Below, in pieces: positions 35,285 to 48,300 of a DNA stretch of 64,000 nucleotides (its first letter is position 1; the number at the start of each line of letters is the position of its first letter). Below the pieces are notes generated by a model. That model did no database searches. It saw nothing but the letters and a program-made list of their open reading frames with translations, and was not told where the DNA came from. Source of the stretch: Blepharisma stoltei ATCC 30299 (Eukaryota; Protista; Ciliophora); contig CBFDEM010000024.1 of assembly GCA_965603825.1 (NCBI GenBank), forward strand, positions 496,001 to 560,000. Direction: 5' to 3'. The translations under genes and the position numbers were made by a program.

Positions 35285-37162
35285 TTAAACTCCAGTTAGT
35301 CGTCTTCGGCTATTTCTATGTGGCTCTGATAATGTAAGGGCAGCTTCTCGTTCACCGCCTGTGTTACTCATCAATCTTTTTCCTTGTGGAGATTTTGGGA
35401 TCATGTTTCCTTTAAATTCTTCTTGTGAAGACATACAAGAAAATAATTTTACAGGACCTCTTTCAGTCATCATGCCGTGCCTTACAGCAGAAACTGCATG
35501 TGAGAGCTTTGTTGACCATGAGTTTGTATTTTCAATTGGAAATGCTTGGCTATCAGTTTCAGGGGTATCTAAAGCTTCATGAACCTGCATGACAATATTG
35601 TTTAGCCTTTTTTCCACTGCTGAAAAATCATCACTTTTAATGTTATATATACAAATTCCATTCTTCTTAGTTGTATTTGAGCCCATCATTATTTTCATCA
35701 ACATTTTATATAAGGATTCGAGCTCAAGCCTAAAAAGAGATAAAGCTTTTCGTTCATATTTTGACATTTCAGAAATATTCAATTTAAAATCGAAATTTTC
35801 GGTTTTTTGTGAAGATGGGAGAGATATTTCTGGAGTCTTATGTTCCAGCTTTTGAGATAATTTTGTAAGTTCTTGCCTTGCCAATTCTCTTTTATGCTGT
35901 GATTTTTTATAGCTTTCTGATAAATTTTTATTTTCTTTTTCTAATTCTGAAATCTTGATAGACTGCTCTTTTAGATATTCATTTAAATCTCGTATTTTTT
36001 GGGCATATTCTTTATTTTGCTGCTCAACTATGGTTAATTTTTCTAAATTGTTTTCATTTCCTCTATTTTCCTCATTTTTACAATTAGCTATCGTGCTTTC
36101 TAACTCTCTTATTTTTTCTTCATACTGTCTTTCTATCCTTTCAGTTTCTTTTTTACAATTTTCAATAATTTGAAGCATTTCTAATTGATTTTTATCTTTT
36201 ATGCCCTCTAATTCCTGCTTTAATTTACAAATCTGATTTGATTTTTCTAATATATCTCCATTCAATTTTTTTATTTTATTTTGTTTTTTTAGATATTTTG
36301 TTTCTTTTAAATGCTGGCTTTCTCTTAATGCAAGAATTTCAGTCTCCATTGATTCTTTTTGGAACAGTAATTTCGATAATTCTTTTTCCATTGATTCTAA
36401 GCTACTTTGACGCTTTGAGCATTCTTTTTCAATTTCTTGTTTTTGTTTTTCTATTAATACAATTTTTTCATTCAAATTTTTTATCTGAGCATTGCCAACT
36501 TCATGCTGGATCGACATTTTAGCTATTTCTGATTCTAGTGATTTATTAGTAATCCTTAATTCCTGGACTTCTTGGCTTACTTTATTAGATTCAGCTAAGC
36601 TTGTCTTCAATTTAGCGATATCAGAATGAAGTTTAATTATTTCAGCCTCTCTATCAGCACAGCAGCTTCCTGCACTTTGTGGAATAATGAGATTTTCTGT
36701 CTCAAGTTCAGTTATTTGAGCTCGAAGATCTTCTACTTGCTGTCTGTAATTTGCTACAAGCTCTGATTTTGATGCTAATTGGCTCTTAGCAAGGTCTAAT
36801 TCAGCTTTTCTGCTCTCAAGTGAAGCTTGTGTGTCTTTCAATTCCTCTTCAACTCTGTCCAACTCATTCTGAAGCTCTTCTGAATGTTTACTAAAATACT
36901 GAAATTTTTCTTGCAGAATTGGAAAATCTTTATTAAATTGCGACAGCTGCTCAGAATCTGTTGAAATTTGCTGGTTTAAATGTTTTACCTCAGCATCATA
37001 TTTATAGATGATTTCAACCAAATCAGCAGCAGGCATATTATAAAGAGAACTGCCATCCATTGTAACGTATCCTTCTGGTGGTGGCTGTGTAGGCTGAGTA
37101 TTTGCGTTAGCATGTTCTGTGCTATCTTTGTCCTTTTTCTTAAACAGTTTCTTGAATTTCAT
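35285..37162 (-). CDS. Coiled-coil protein
   Basis: 625-aa E/K/Q-rich heptad ORF. Confidence 0.8.
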   Translation of the reverse strand: MKFKKLFKKKDKDSTEHANANTQPTQPPPEGYVTMDGSSLYNMPAADLVEIIYKYDAEVKHLNQQISTDSEQLSQFNKDFPILQEKFQYFSKHSEELQNELDRVEEELKDTQASLESRKAELDLAKSQLASKSELVANYRQQVEDLRAQITELETENLIIPQSAGSCCADREAEIIKLHSDIAKLKTSLAESNKVSQEVQELRITNKSLESEIAKMSIQHEVGNAQIKNLNEKIVLIEKQKQEIEKECSKRQSSLESMEKELSKLLFQKESMETEILALRESQHLKETKYLKKQNKIKKLNGDILEKSNQICKLKQELEGIKDKNQLEMLQIIENCKKETERIERQYEEKIRELESTIANCKNEENRGNENNLEKLTIVEQQNKEYAQKIRDLNEYLKEQSIKISELEKENKNLSESYKKSQHKRELARQELTKLSQKLEHKTPEISLPSSQKTENFDFKLNISEMSKYERKALSLFRLELESLYKMLMKIMMGSNTTKKNGICIYNIKSDDFSAVEKRLNNIVMQVHEALDTPETDSQAFPIENTNSWSTKLSHAVSAVRHGMMTERGPVKLFSCMSSQEEFKGNMIPKSPQGKRLMSNTGGEREAALTLSEPHRNSRRRLTGV

Positions 37163-37228
37163 ATGAATTTTATTAATGGATAAATATATATTTACTTATA
37201 ATTTCTTATAATTTAGAATGGATAATAA

Positions 37229-39406
37229 CTAATCAAATGAAACCTTTGTATGTGCCACAGTATGCAATAGGGTTTCTTTAGCACTATCTAACACAATTTG
37301 TTCTTTTATTAAGTCATCTCTTAATTGCTCTATTAATTTTTCATCCTAAATAATCCTTACTTCGAACAGCTGAGTTTTTTGTTCGACTAGTTCTTCTTTT
37401 AGCACATCGGTATCATTTTTCTTCTTGGCCTGCTCGTTGATTAAATCTTTAATTTCGTTTGCAATTTTTGCAGCTTCCTAATTTAAGTTTACAGTGAATT
37501 GCTTTAAAGTAGCTGCGTTTTTTTTCTCAATTTCCAAAGCAGGGATTTTATTTCCGATTTCTTTAAGTTGTTCTTCTTCAAGAGAGATAGCTTTAAGAAT
37601 TTCTTCAATTTCTGCAATTTTCTTATTGTAAGCATCTTGAGCATCATTAAAACCTTTTTCTTTGTCTTTTACGATAATCTCATATTCAGAAATTTTTTGA
37701 AGAGTTTCCTCTCGTTCCTTAATAGAATTTTGGATTATTTGTTTTTCAGTTTCTAAGAAAGATTTTAGCGCCTTTAAAGCTTCTATATGGTTTGTATGCA
37801 TTTCTATTTTACTTTGTGTTAACTCAACTTCTTTCTGTAAAGACTCTTGTTCAGATTTGAGATTTTCTTTTTTTATAAGCAAATTTTGAGTCTCTGCCTC
37901 AATAAACTTTTTTTCTTCTATCGAAATTGACAAATCATCACTGAATTCTTGAAGTTCTTCTGATAGTTTGGCATCTAGTTCTTTTATCCCATTTTTAAGA
38001 TTTTTTGCTGCCGCTTTTTTTTCCGCAATAATTTTCAAGAGATCTTCTATTTCTGTTTCTAATTCTTTCAGCTCAGAGCTTAGCTTTTCTTTTTCTTCTT
38101 TTACTGATTGTGTTTTTAACTCAATTTTTTCTTGCAAACTTTTCCAGTTTTCTTGGGCAATTTGATCTTGCTCTTGTAATTCAGCTTCTTTCTCCTCGAT
38201 TTCTTTGTGGCTATTTTCTATTTTTTCAACGAGGTCTTTTCTAAGTCCTTCACTGTATTCTTTTAATGATTGGATAGATTTTTCGAATTCTGAATTATAA
38301 TATTCATTTTTACTGCAGGTCTCATTCAGCCATTTTAGTTGTCTTGAGTAAATTTCACTCTTTTCTGCATCAAGCTTGTTAAATTTATTTCGATTTTCTT
38401 GGACTTTCTCTTCTTTTTGTTTAATTTGTTGAGTTATTGTTTCAATTTCTCTATGAAATTGTGCAGCTTTTTCGAATTCTTCTGAGTCTGCTGACTTTTC
38501 TTCTAGTACTTCAAGTTCTTTAATTTTTTCCTTGTCTTGCAAGATTTCTTTATTTAAATTTGCCTGCTCAGAATAAATGGCTTCTTGCTCTTTGGTTTTT
38601 TCTTTGAACTCAACATTAAAAGAATTGTTTTTTGACTTAATTGACTCTTTTAAGCTCTCAGGGTTCTCATACAATTCTTTTTCCCTTTTTTCTTGTTCAA
38701 GCTTATTTTTTTCTTCTTCTGCTTTCAATTTCTTTTCCAACTGCTCCTTTTTACGCTTTTCTTCAACTAGCTTTGCAATTCTATTTTCACCTCTAGGCTC
38801 TTCACTTTGTGCTTTGATTTCTGCTTTCGGCTTTTCTAATGTATTTTCTTCAGCTGGTTTGACATATTCTCGATTTTTTAGTAATTTAATCGAATTTTCA
38901 GGCTCATCAGTATGCTCTGATTTTCTTTCTTCAAAAATAGCAGATAAAGGCTTGTTTTTCTTAATTTTTTCACTCATACTTTCTTTTTCTGAATTATTAG
39001 TTTTTGCAATACTTTCTACAGGTTTTATTTCGAGATCTGCAAAGGGATCAAAATCCTTTTTAATTATTTTGGATCTCGAATCTTTTTTAACTACGATTGG
39101 TGCTTTTGGTCCTTTGCTTAGCTTTGCAGATTTTTGATGTGAAAAAATGCTGGCTTGGTTGGTATTATTTTTATTAAAACTAGTCGAAGTCACGTCCTCA
39201 GGCATTGATAGTGAAAATCCTCCCTCTTGGCCAGGAAAAGGCTTAGGAGCTGAATCTTTTATGTCTAAACCATTAAACATGCTAGGAGGCTTGGGGGTTG
39301 GTTTTTGAGCTTCTTCTCCTTTGCCTTTAAATATGCCTATTTAGACCTTACCTGAAAAAATTGAAATCTTGCTTGCTCCGCAAGCCAAGAGATCAAAAAA
39401 TGACAT
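37229..39406 (-). CDS. Coiled-coil protein with two UVR-like motifs
   Basis: EEFEKAAQFHREI and KQFTEAAKIANEI. Introns at 39337-39351, 37478-37492 and 37346-37360. Confidence 0.75.
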
Positions 39407-39718
39407 ATTATTGCGAGACAAATGAAATAGAAGATACTGACTTTTCTGAGGCTTTTTGCTATGATTATCATAGTAGAGATTTCATTAAATCACTTATTGA
39501 GGCTATCTATAACATATAATTTTCAAAATTTTCATAATAAATTCTTAATTATATAAGCCAATTCGGAAATCAATAGATTACTCTTAAATATATTGATTTT
39601 TTAGCTAAAATATTTTCATCATTATATGATATTGAAATAAAAGAATTTCATAATTTTATCACCTAGACTGTATAAAATAATAAATATGCTAAAATTTTAA
39701 TAGCTATAAAATAAATAA

Positions 39719-40366
39719 ATGGGTTGTGGAACAGTAAATTTTCCGATGGAAAATTCAACCCCACGAGACTTTAATCTTCCGAAGCCTGTGGAAGATGGTT
39801 TTCAGATAACATTTAAAAAAGAACTACGCAGAAAAAGAAAGCACACATCAAAATTCTCAAAAAAGCAACAAGCGTTACAACCATCCAAAGAAAACGTAGG
39901 AAAGGCTCTAGAAACCAAAAAGGAAGATAGTGAAGACATGCAATCTTCAATTCTTACACAAGACCAAACAACTTATAACCCAGATCACTCAATTCAGAAA
40001 ATAATAGCATTTGAGCCTCAATTAAAAGTCGCTGAAATATATAAAGAGCTGGATGAGATTGACAAAGAAATAGGAATAAAAACTAAAAACCACATAAAAA
40101 TTGAGAAAATTGAGTTCCACTCTGAAGAAAGTGAAGATAGTTTTTATGATAATAATGAGACAGAAGAACAAGAGCAATTACGAATGAGTAAAGAGAAGCA
40201 GAAATTAATGAGGGAAGAAATAGAAAGACAAGTCAAAGAAGCAAAAAATATTGCTGATGCGAAAACAGCTGAAGTAGCTGCAAATGCAGCAAGAAATCGT
40301 GTGGAAAGAGAAAAAATCGATGCAGACATGAAAAATATTTTATCAAAATATAGCAATATTATATAA
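39719..40366 (+). CDS. Hypothetical protein with N-terminal MGCG dual-acylation motif
   Basis: 215-aa ORF starting MGCG. Confidence 0.7.
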   Translation: MGCGTVNFPMENSTPRDFNLPKPVEDGFQITFKKELRRKRKHTSKFSKKQQALQPSKENVGKALETKKEDSEDMQSSILTQDQTTYNPDHSIQKIIAFEPQLKVAEIYKELDEIDKEIGIKTKNHIKIEKIEFHSEESEDSFYDNNETEEQEQLRMSKEKQKLMREEIERQVKEAKNIADAKTAEVAANAARNRVEREKIDADMKNILSKYSNII

Positions 40367-40574
40367 TTATAATAGCGAATTTCCGTAGAACTCTTTGTGG
40401 TAGGCTATTTTAATGTGATTTTAGTGAATTTATATTAATTTCAGAATATGAGGAAAGATTTTGAAGGCAGAGTATTATTCAGATTTCTTATTTAATTAAT
40501 TGGCTATTGCAGTGATATTAAATCGTAAACCTAATTTTATTATTAAAACAATAATAAATTATTTTGTTTATATT

Positions 40575-41330
40575 ATGCTTATAGCACTCCTATTTATCTC
40601 AGCAGCAGCTGAAGATACAATGTATCACTTTGATCCAGTAAACGGAGAAGAATATGATTGATCTGAATTACAGAGAAAACCTAAGTAAGCAATATTAAGC
40701 GACCCCTATAAAATTGATGCAGGAGACTCCTATTTTATCTTTAATGTAGGCTCAAACTTGGAAGAAACCTGCAAAGGCCAAAAAGCGTCTGCCATCAAAA
40801 AATCTAAGTTTTCTGATGACTGTGAGGTTATAGGAAGAAATGACCAAATTTTTTACAGATTATTGGACCATTATGCAAAAGGAATTTCTATTGAATATTG
40901 AACTGACGAAACCTGCATCTCTTCTTGAAATGACTTTGAAACTAGAAAAATGACAACGATTACTCTAATTTGCAACCCTAAGGAGTATGACTTTGAATTG
41001 GTTAGCCGCACTGATGCTTGTGAAATTAAATTTTCTAAAAAAACGTATATAGGCTGCCCACAAAAATTTTCGTCTTATGTGTGACTAAGAATCCTTTGGA
41101 GCGTTCTAGGAGCGATTTTTGTTGTTGCTGCATTATTTGCATGTGTTATCTGTATTTTTGAGGATGAAGAGTGGGATGAAGACGAAAATCAACCAAAAGT
41201 AGAGACTGGGCCTGTTTGGAGAGAAATGAAAACCATAGTAAGAAAAGGGAAAAACTGGGGAAAATCAGTAATAGCTATATAGACATATTCCAATATGAGA
41301 TACTCAAGGACTGATTATGAAAAAGTTTAG
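40575..41330 (+). CDS. Type I membrane protein with MRH (mannose-6-phosphate receptor/Atg27-like) domain; absent from the ORF track
   Basis: Signal peptide, EYDWSEL, YFIFNV, GISIEY, TTITLICNP, GCP, a TM helix and C-terminal YEKV. Introns 40685-40699 and 41268-41282; several TGA=Trp. Confidence 0.75.
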
Positions 41331-41408
41331 GAGATCACTAGTTAAAAATTATTTAATCTGCAAATTATATAAATCTATATCCTTTTAGCCTTCTTTTATT
41401 TTATAAAA

Positions 41409-41912
41409 ATGGTCGAAGCATTTGCATGTGCAAGACTTCAAAACGAGTTCAGAGAACTATCACAAAACGAAGACATAGGATTTTCAGTTGGGCTTATTGA
41501 CGATAATCTTTTCAATTGGTCTGTTTGCTTTTCAGGACCTCAAGATACTGCATGGGAAGGTGGACTTTACATGGCAACTTTACGATTTCCCCCTCAATAT
41601 CCAAACTCTCCTCCAGAAATGATTTTTAGGACTGAGATGTGGCATCCAAATATTTTCCCTGACGGGAGAGTTTGTATATCAATTTTGCATCCTCCAGGTG
41701 AAGATCAATTTAATCAATATGAAAGTGCATCAGAAAGATGGAGGCCGATACTGGGCGTTGAAGCTATATTAGTGTCTGTTATTTCAATGCTTAATGATCC
41801 TAATCTTGATAGCCCTGCAAATATCGATGCAGCTGTGCAATATAGAAACGATAAATCAGGATACTTAAGAAGAGTGAGAAGGTTAGCTCAGAAATCTGTA
41901 GAAAGTCTTTAA
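41409..41912 (+). CDS. Ubiquitin-conjugating enzyme E2, Ubc7/UBE2G type
   Basis: HPNIFPDGRVCISILHPPG followed by an acidic loop and ERWRP. Confidence 0.95.
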   Translation: MVEAFACARLQNEFRELSQNEDIGFSVGLIDDNLFNWSVCFSGPQDTAWEGGLYMATLRFPPQYPNSPPEMIFRTEMWHPNIFPDGRVCISILHPPGEDQFNQYESASERWRPILGVEAILVSVISMLNDPNLDSPANIDAAVQYRNDKSGYLRRVRRLAQKSVESL

Positions 41913-42065
41913 TTAAATATTTTATGCATTTAATAGCTAGGATTAAATGCAAAACAATTAATGATAACAATAAGAACCTGCATTAAGTTTAAGCCTATTA
42001 AAAAAAAATTTTCTATTATAGAGCAAGCAGAGATTCCTATTTTAAATACTTTTAAATATTTTTAA

Positions 42066-44951
42066 CTATTGGCGTGGATTTCTCCCCACATAAGAATTTC
42101 TTGGGCTTTCAAAATAAGCTGATCTTGACAAAGATTCTCTTGTCATCCCATCCCCGCTTTCATTAATCAAGCTATAATTTCTTGTATCCCCAATAAGTTT
42201 TTTCCTGCTTTCTTTCATTTCATTTTCAATTAGTTCATTTTCTAACGAATATAGCCTTTTCTTAAAATCTAAATATTGGTCATCACATTTCCCTATCTGT
42301 CTTTTAATTGAATCTTTTGTATTTAAATCCACATTTTGATCTAACTGCTCACTTAGCCTCCATTTTTCACTTTCACACCTTTCAGCTTCTGCTCTTATTC
42401 TCATAATTTCGTCAAAAATTCTTTTAGAATCAATTGCTTTTGATCTCCAGAATTTCGTCATCATATCTTCTAGGTCTCTTTTTTGCTTGACAATTAGTGA
42501 AATTTTTCGCTCTAAGCTTTCTTTTTTGCTTTCACTTAAAGATTTAATGCTTTGGTTTTCCTGCAAAATTTTGCGAATTTCGTCATTTAATTTTTCGTTA
42601 TCTTCATGCAAATTTTGAATATTCGACCTTAGTCCTATAATTTCTCTGTGCAAAGCTGCGATTTCAGTGTGGAGGTTTTCTTTAACTTGAATATTTTGAC
42701 TATAAAGGTCGTCTAAGCTATTTTTCAGCATTTCTTCTTTGCTCCTTAACAAATTTTCTTCTCTGTTATGCTCCTCTATATATCTCTGCAAAGAGTTTAT
42801 CTGTGATTTTGCCTGCTCATTTTCCCTTGACAGCTGTAAATTCTTTTCAAATTTCTGGAGAATTTCTTCAATGACCAATTGCATCCATCTTTGAACTGAA
42901 TTTAATTCAGCTGGAAGCTGATCCCACGAAGCTAAAAACTCAGCCAAAACGCTTGTGAGGTTTAATTCTTTTGAATTGTCAACTAAGTCTCCTCCAATTT
43001 TGCAGCATTCTTCAATTTGAATTTCTAAATTATTTTTTTCGTCCTTAAGTTTATCAAAATCTGAGCTTAGCCTGTCATAAGCTTCAGTGATTTTTCTTCT
43101 TTCATTTCTTTCGCCATCAATCTCTTCTCTCAGCCTTTTTACAATGTCATTGAATGAATTTATTGTGATTTCAGATTCTTTTAGGTGCTCGTCTTTTTCT
43201 TTTAATTGATGCTTTTGGATTGCTAAGTCTTTTGTTATTTCTTCTATTTGCAATTTCATTGAAGTGTTTTCATTTTGAGAATACTGATGGTTGGTGCGCT
43301 CTTGAGACAGGCATGATTCAAGGCTCCTAAGCTCGCTAGCATAGTTGTCCCTCTTTTCTGAGGCAATTAGCAGGCTTGACTTATATTTCTCTATTTCGTC
43401 ACGTAAATTTAAAATTTCATTATTAAGATTCTCTATTTCATTTTGCATGATTTCAGAGTTTTTCTGGTTTTCATTTAATCTTGCGTAAAGCCCATTTATT
43501 TCTTTGACTTGGCTTTGGTCGCGCTGATAGGTTTCTTGCTTTTCGTTCCACATTTTTTCAATTTCAAAACGAAGTTCATCAATTTGTTTAAGATTAGACT
43601 CGTTCCGGATTTTCAGCTCTTCATAATCAAAGGTTTTATTTTCAAGCGTTTTTTGCAATTCTTTATTTTCTGTCTCTAAGCTTGTTAGAGAAATTTGAGC
43701 TTGGTTTAGCTGGGACTGGATTTGGCTTAAATTTATGCTTGTCTGTGCTTCTCTTTTTCTGGATTGTTCCAAAGTTTTTTCTGTTTCATCTAGTTTCCCT
43801 TCAGTTAAATTCACTTTTTCATTCAAAGCTTCACATTCCCTTTCTATTGACTGCTTCTGTACAGTTTCCCGCTGCAGGTCTTCTTTTATTATAGTAATTT
43901 CATTCTCTTTTTCTTCTATCCTTGCTCTTAAATTATTAAAGCTTTGTTGAACTTCTCTAAGGCTCCTTTCATTTCTTGCATGTTCAGACCTGGAGGATTC
44001 CAGCTCTTTTTCGAATTTTTCTTTGTGTCCTTTTTCTTGGTCTAAATTTTCTTTTAATTTTGAGTGCTCTTCATGCAAATCTGTATGAGAATTCTGAGCG
44101 TTTTCGAGGTCTTGGGTAAGTATATTGAGTTTATATGTAGCTTCTTCAAGATTTTTTGATAATTCAGAATTTTCTGCTTCAAGTCTATGGATTTCATTGT
44201 CATTATATTGCAAAGCAGAGGTGGCAGTGCTCAATTGTTTTTTTAGTTCATCACGGACATATTCCAATTCTTTACATAAAGCGCTTTTTTGTTCTAAACC
44301 TTCGGCCAGTTTATTTATCCTCACTTCTTGATCTTTTAGTGTGTGCTGCATCTTGGCGCTGCGTCTTCTATTTTCGTCGCTTTGCTCTTTTTCTTTAGCG
44401 TACTGGGTAAATGCATCTGCACCTACTCCAGACAGTCCGAGTTTTTCTATATGATTTTCTAATGTTTCTTTTAAAACCTCAATATAGACTTTTTGTTCTT
44501 CTGATGCCAAAATTTCTGCTCTTAAGCTCTCTTCGAGGAGGGCTTTTTCTTTTGACAGGTCTAAAAATTTATGCCGTAAATCTACGTACAGGTCTTCTAA
44601 ATTTTCGTTTTGGCTGTCTGGTTTTTTGGATTCTGCGCGAAATCGAGCATTGAATTGGGAAAGTTGGTCTTGAAGAAGGGAAATCTTTAAGTTAGCATCT
44701 TCTAGTTGTTTTGATAAAGGATTTGAAGAAGTGCCAAGCATGTCTGGCTCGATTGGAAGTGGGTGGCCAGGGATTATTTCAGTTATTCTTGCTTCGCATA
44801 GCTCTTTATATTGCTCAAGGGATCGTAAGCGGATAGCTTGAGATTTAATTTTTTCTTGAAGTTGAAGCAGTAATTCAGAGTGATCTGGGGTATAAATTTG
44901 AGGTTCGTCAGAGGATTCGTTTGATTGAAATCTTTTGCGCTCAGCTTCCAT
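42066..44951 (-). CDS. Long coiled-coil protein
   Basis: About 960-aa heptad-rich ORF; ATG at 44951. Confidence 0.8.
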   Translation of the reverse strand: MEAERKRFQSNESSDEPQIYTPDHSELLLQLQEKIKSQAIRLRSLEQYKELCEARITEIIPGHPLPIEPDMLGTSSNPLSKQLEDANLKISLLQDQLSQFNARFRAESKKPDSQNENLEDLYVDLRHKFLDLSKEKALLEESLRAEILASEEQKVYIEVLKETLENHIEKLGLSGVGADAFTQYAKEKEQSDENRRRSAKMQHTLKDQEVRINKLAEGLEQKSALCKELEYVRDELKKQLSTATSALQYNDNEIHRLEAENSELSKNLEEATYKLNILTQDLENAQNSHTDLHEEHSKLKENLDQEKGHKEKFEKELESSRSEHARNERSLREVQQSFNNLRARIEEKENEITIIKEDLQRETVQKQSIERECEALNEKVNLTEGKLDETEKTLEQSRKREAQTSINLSQIQSQLNQAQISLTSLETENKELQKTLENKTFDYEELKIRNESNLKQIDELRFEIEKMWNEKQETYQRDQSQVKEINGLYARLNENQKNSEIMQNEIENLNNEILNLRDEIEKYKSSLLIASEKRDNYASELRSLESCLSQERTNHQYSQNENTSMKLQIEEITKDLAIQKHQLKEKDEHLKESEITINSFNDIVKRLREEIDGERNERRKITEAYDRLSSDFDKLKDEKNNLEIQIEECCKIGGDLVDNSKELNLTSVLAEFLASWDQLPAELNSVQRWMQLVIEEILQKFEKNLQLSRENEQAKSQINSLQRYIEEHNREENLLRSKEEMLKNSLDDLYSQNIQVKENLHTEIAALHREIIGLRSNIQNLHEDNEKLNDEIRKILQENQSIKSLSESKKESLERKISLIVKQKRDLEDMMTKFWRSKAIDSKRIFDEIMRIRAEAERCESEKWRLSEQLDQNVDLNTKDSIKRQIGKCDDQYLDFKKRLYSLENELIENEMKESRKKLIGDTRNYSLINESGDGMTRESLSRSAYFESPRNSYVGRNPRQ

Positions 44952-45387
44952 AATTATAATTAATGAAAAAAGGATAATATTTTTATTATATGCGCTGGCT
45001 AAAAGATTGTTTAAATTCAAATTCTGGAATATTAAATGAAAAAATTATCTATATTATTTAAGTTTTTTTATTTAAAAAGGATGAATATGCGCTATTTAAA
45101 TTTTAATATAAAATTTGAGTAATTAAAATCTAATAATAATGCTTCATTCAAAATTTTACTCTTTTTCTGTTTAGATAGTTATTTAAATGCTAGGCAAAGA
45201 TTTATCATTATTTTTTGTCTTTTTTTACATCTTATTCCTACTTCTTGTAGTGTAATTAAATGCCAAATATATCATATTAAATTTACAAGCTAGATAACAT
45301 CAAAACCCATTAGCTATTAAACAATCTTTACCATGTAATAAATAATTATTTTTATTACTCTATAAGCTACACACAATTCAATCCTCT

Positions 45388-48300
45388 TTACAGTGCAAAC
45401 AAATCACTAGGAGTTGTCACAAAATAGCACTTCAAAGCTCTGTCAATGCTTTTTGCTACAATTTCTTTATTGAAGTTATATTGCAGCTTATCCGGGATCC
45501 TCGATTCCAAAATTTCTCTTGTAACCTCACTAACATTGATTTTTCCAGCTTCTCCTCCACTTTCCATTTTATTTGCTAATAATACATCAGGTCCATAAAT
45601 ATCATACCTAACAACAGTGGTCCCAATAATCCCTGCAATGACTTCACCTGTGTGGAGACCTATTCTCATGTTAAGGCTTGAGTTGTGCTCTTCATTGACC
45701 TGATTAATTATATGTATCATTGCTTGAGCCATTTTCAGCATATTCAAGCATTCTGCACTGACATCTCTGTGGATATCATTTGTGATTCCCATCACCACAT
45801 AGCAATCACCAATTGTATGCACCTTATAAACATTAAATTCTATGCATTTCTTGTCAAATCTCGTAAAAAGATTTGAGAGCATCTCCACAACTTCAATTGG
45901 TGTTTTATCTGAGCTCCAAGCAGTAAACCCAACAATATCAGCAAATAGTAAAGTTACTTGGAAAAGTCTATCAGTTGTAGCACGAAATTGCTTATATTTT
46001 TCAAGGACAAACCTCGGCATCATAAATGAGAGCAATTGTTCAGTTTTCTGGTTTTCTATGTTCGCAGCTTTGGTAAGATTGAAATTTATCCTGACTTTTT
46101 GCTCTCTTGTATACCCTGCAATTACGTTAATAAATGCAGAACTGGCTACAATGACAATATTCAGTACGTATTCTGATGCACCTCCTTTGGTTACTGCAAG
46201 AGCAAGCCATGTGAAAAAGACCACAATAAGGGATATGCAGTGGACAATAAAGTTCCCGCCTGATATATGAGATAGGATAAGAATCAGGTACATGACTTCT
46301 AATGCTGACATATCAGCTTGTGCATCAGTGTTATAACCAATGTTAAATAGAACTACAATAAGCAGCCAAACTAAGCAGATTACGATCAATAATGGATAGC
46401 ACCTGAATAAATAAAACTTCCTGTGAACTATTAGGCAAACGACAAGAAATACCACATCAATGATTCTTCCAATCAGTATGGAATCTTCATTGTAGCCAGA
46501 GACATACCATCATTTAAGTCCATAGTACAAAAGCAGCAAGCAATAAGTAAAAACGGCTACGTAAAGACCATAAAATAAAACAATGGCGTTTTCTTTGGTT
46601 TTGCTGAGCCTCAGCTCTTTTTCTTCGTCTGTTTCTTTGAAGTTAAAATTAATGACTCTATTTTCTGGCTTCCTTTTGGTATTTTTGGTATTTTTCATGC
46701 TGAAATCAAACTTTTCTCTAAAAGTTTCCTGAGTCCTTTTAGACGAGTTTTCTCCTTCATTGGATGCATTGCTTGCATATGACGCTCTTGAACCAGTTGT
46801 CAATCCCCCCAGAGAAGGAACCATAAGTGATGGCTTTTTGGAATTTTTTTGTGACTCAATAATGTTATTATCAGGATTTTCATCGCTATTTTTGTCTACA
46901 TAAACATAAAAAGTCTTCATTTTGCCTTTGCCTTTGGCTTCAACTTCATTTTTTAAAAAACTTAACCCTTTTGCATCTCCAATCATATTAAAAGTTTCAG
47001 TAGTTATCTGTATTTGATTCGGCAAGTCAATAGTAGAGCACATACGAGAAGCTGTGTTTACAGTGTCCCCAACTAATGAAAACTGTGGTTTATGGTGTCC
47101 TACAACTCCTGCTGTAACTTTTCCGCTATTTATTCCAATTTTTACTTGCAGTTTCCCTCCAAACTTTAATTCAATATTCTGTACCAAATCTAAAATAGCC
47201 AAACTCATCTCAATCCCTCTTCTGGCATGAGGTATCTTCCTCAGATCATCGCTCAAGTCAAACTCAAAATCTTTCAATCCTGCACAAGCCATATACGTTT
47301 TTCCTACAGTTTCAATCTTTGTTATCCCACTGGTTTCACACATCTGATCTAATGTCTGGAAAAATGTATCAAGAAAAGATGTCAGCTCGTCAGGGTTATA
47401 TTCTTTACAAATTTTATCAAAATCACATATATCGCAGAATACTATTGTGACTTCTCCTTGGTCTTCTGCAATATATCTTGTGCCTTCTTTTACACGGTTT
47501 CGCACAAATGCAGGGAGAAGTTGGCTGAGAATTGAGTTGTTGCTTTGGAATTCGGCTTCTATGTCGTGGAGAAGCTTGTGCTCCATACGTTTGGATTTTT
47601 CAATTTCACGGGAAGAAATTGAAGATGTGACCGTTACAGCAGCGACTAAGGTGCAGTAGGTTAAAATGTCGAGGGCTACATGCTCTGATGAATGGCCTGA
47701 GCCGTAAGTAGATACTCCACAAGAAATGATATATAAGCAGACATTTAAAAGATTTAATATGCTCATAGCAAGCCAGTTGACGTCAAATACAAAAAATGAC
47801 AGCTCAGTAAGCATACACGTTATCAGTGCCGATTCAATTCTAAAAGCCATTTCCATTATGAATTTTATCAAAATCGCACAAAAAATTCAGAAAATGCTGA
47901 AAAATATATAGTTCTGCTTAAAAATTTTTGTATTTGAAAACCCAAAAACTAGCAATTGAGCAAAAGTTATTATAGCACCTCCAGTGGCTGAGCCTTTCTT
48001 TTCAGTAGCTCCAGCAACAATCGTAAATGCTGCCAATAAAGCTGCTATATAAAGTAAAATTCTTCTGAAAAACACCAAATGCTCATTTGTATATCTTTCT
48101 CTATATTTTCTTTCAATATTTGGAGCATTAAAGTGCATAGAGTATTTTTTCATTTGAAATCCATCAACCTCAAATTCGCTTTTCCATACAGAAGAGTCTT
48201 TATAAACTCTTTCAAGATTGTTTGCATAGCTTGCTAACCTATTAAATTTCCCACATAATTCAGGCATAACTTTGCTGGCTTCGAAATTCCCATGCCAAAG

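Noticed and set aside
31556-44653. Numerous antisense Phe/Ser/Leu-rich ORFs in the track
   Set aside because: Shadow ORFs of E/K-rich coiled-coil genes on the opposite strand.
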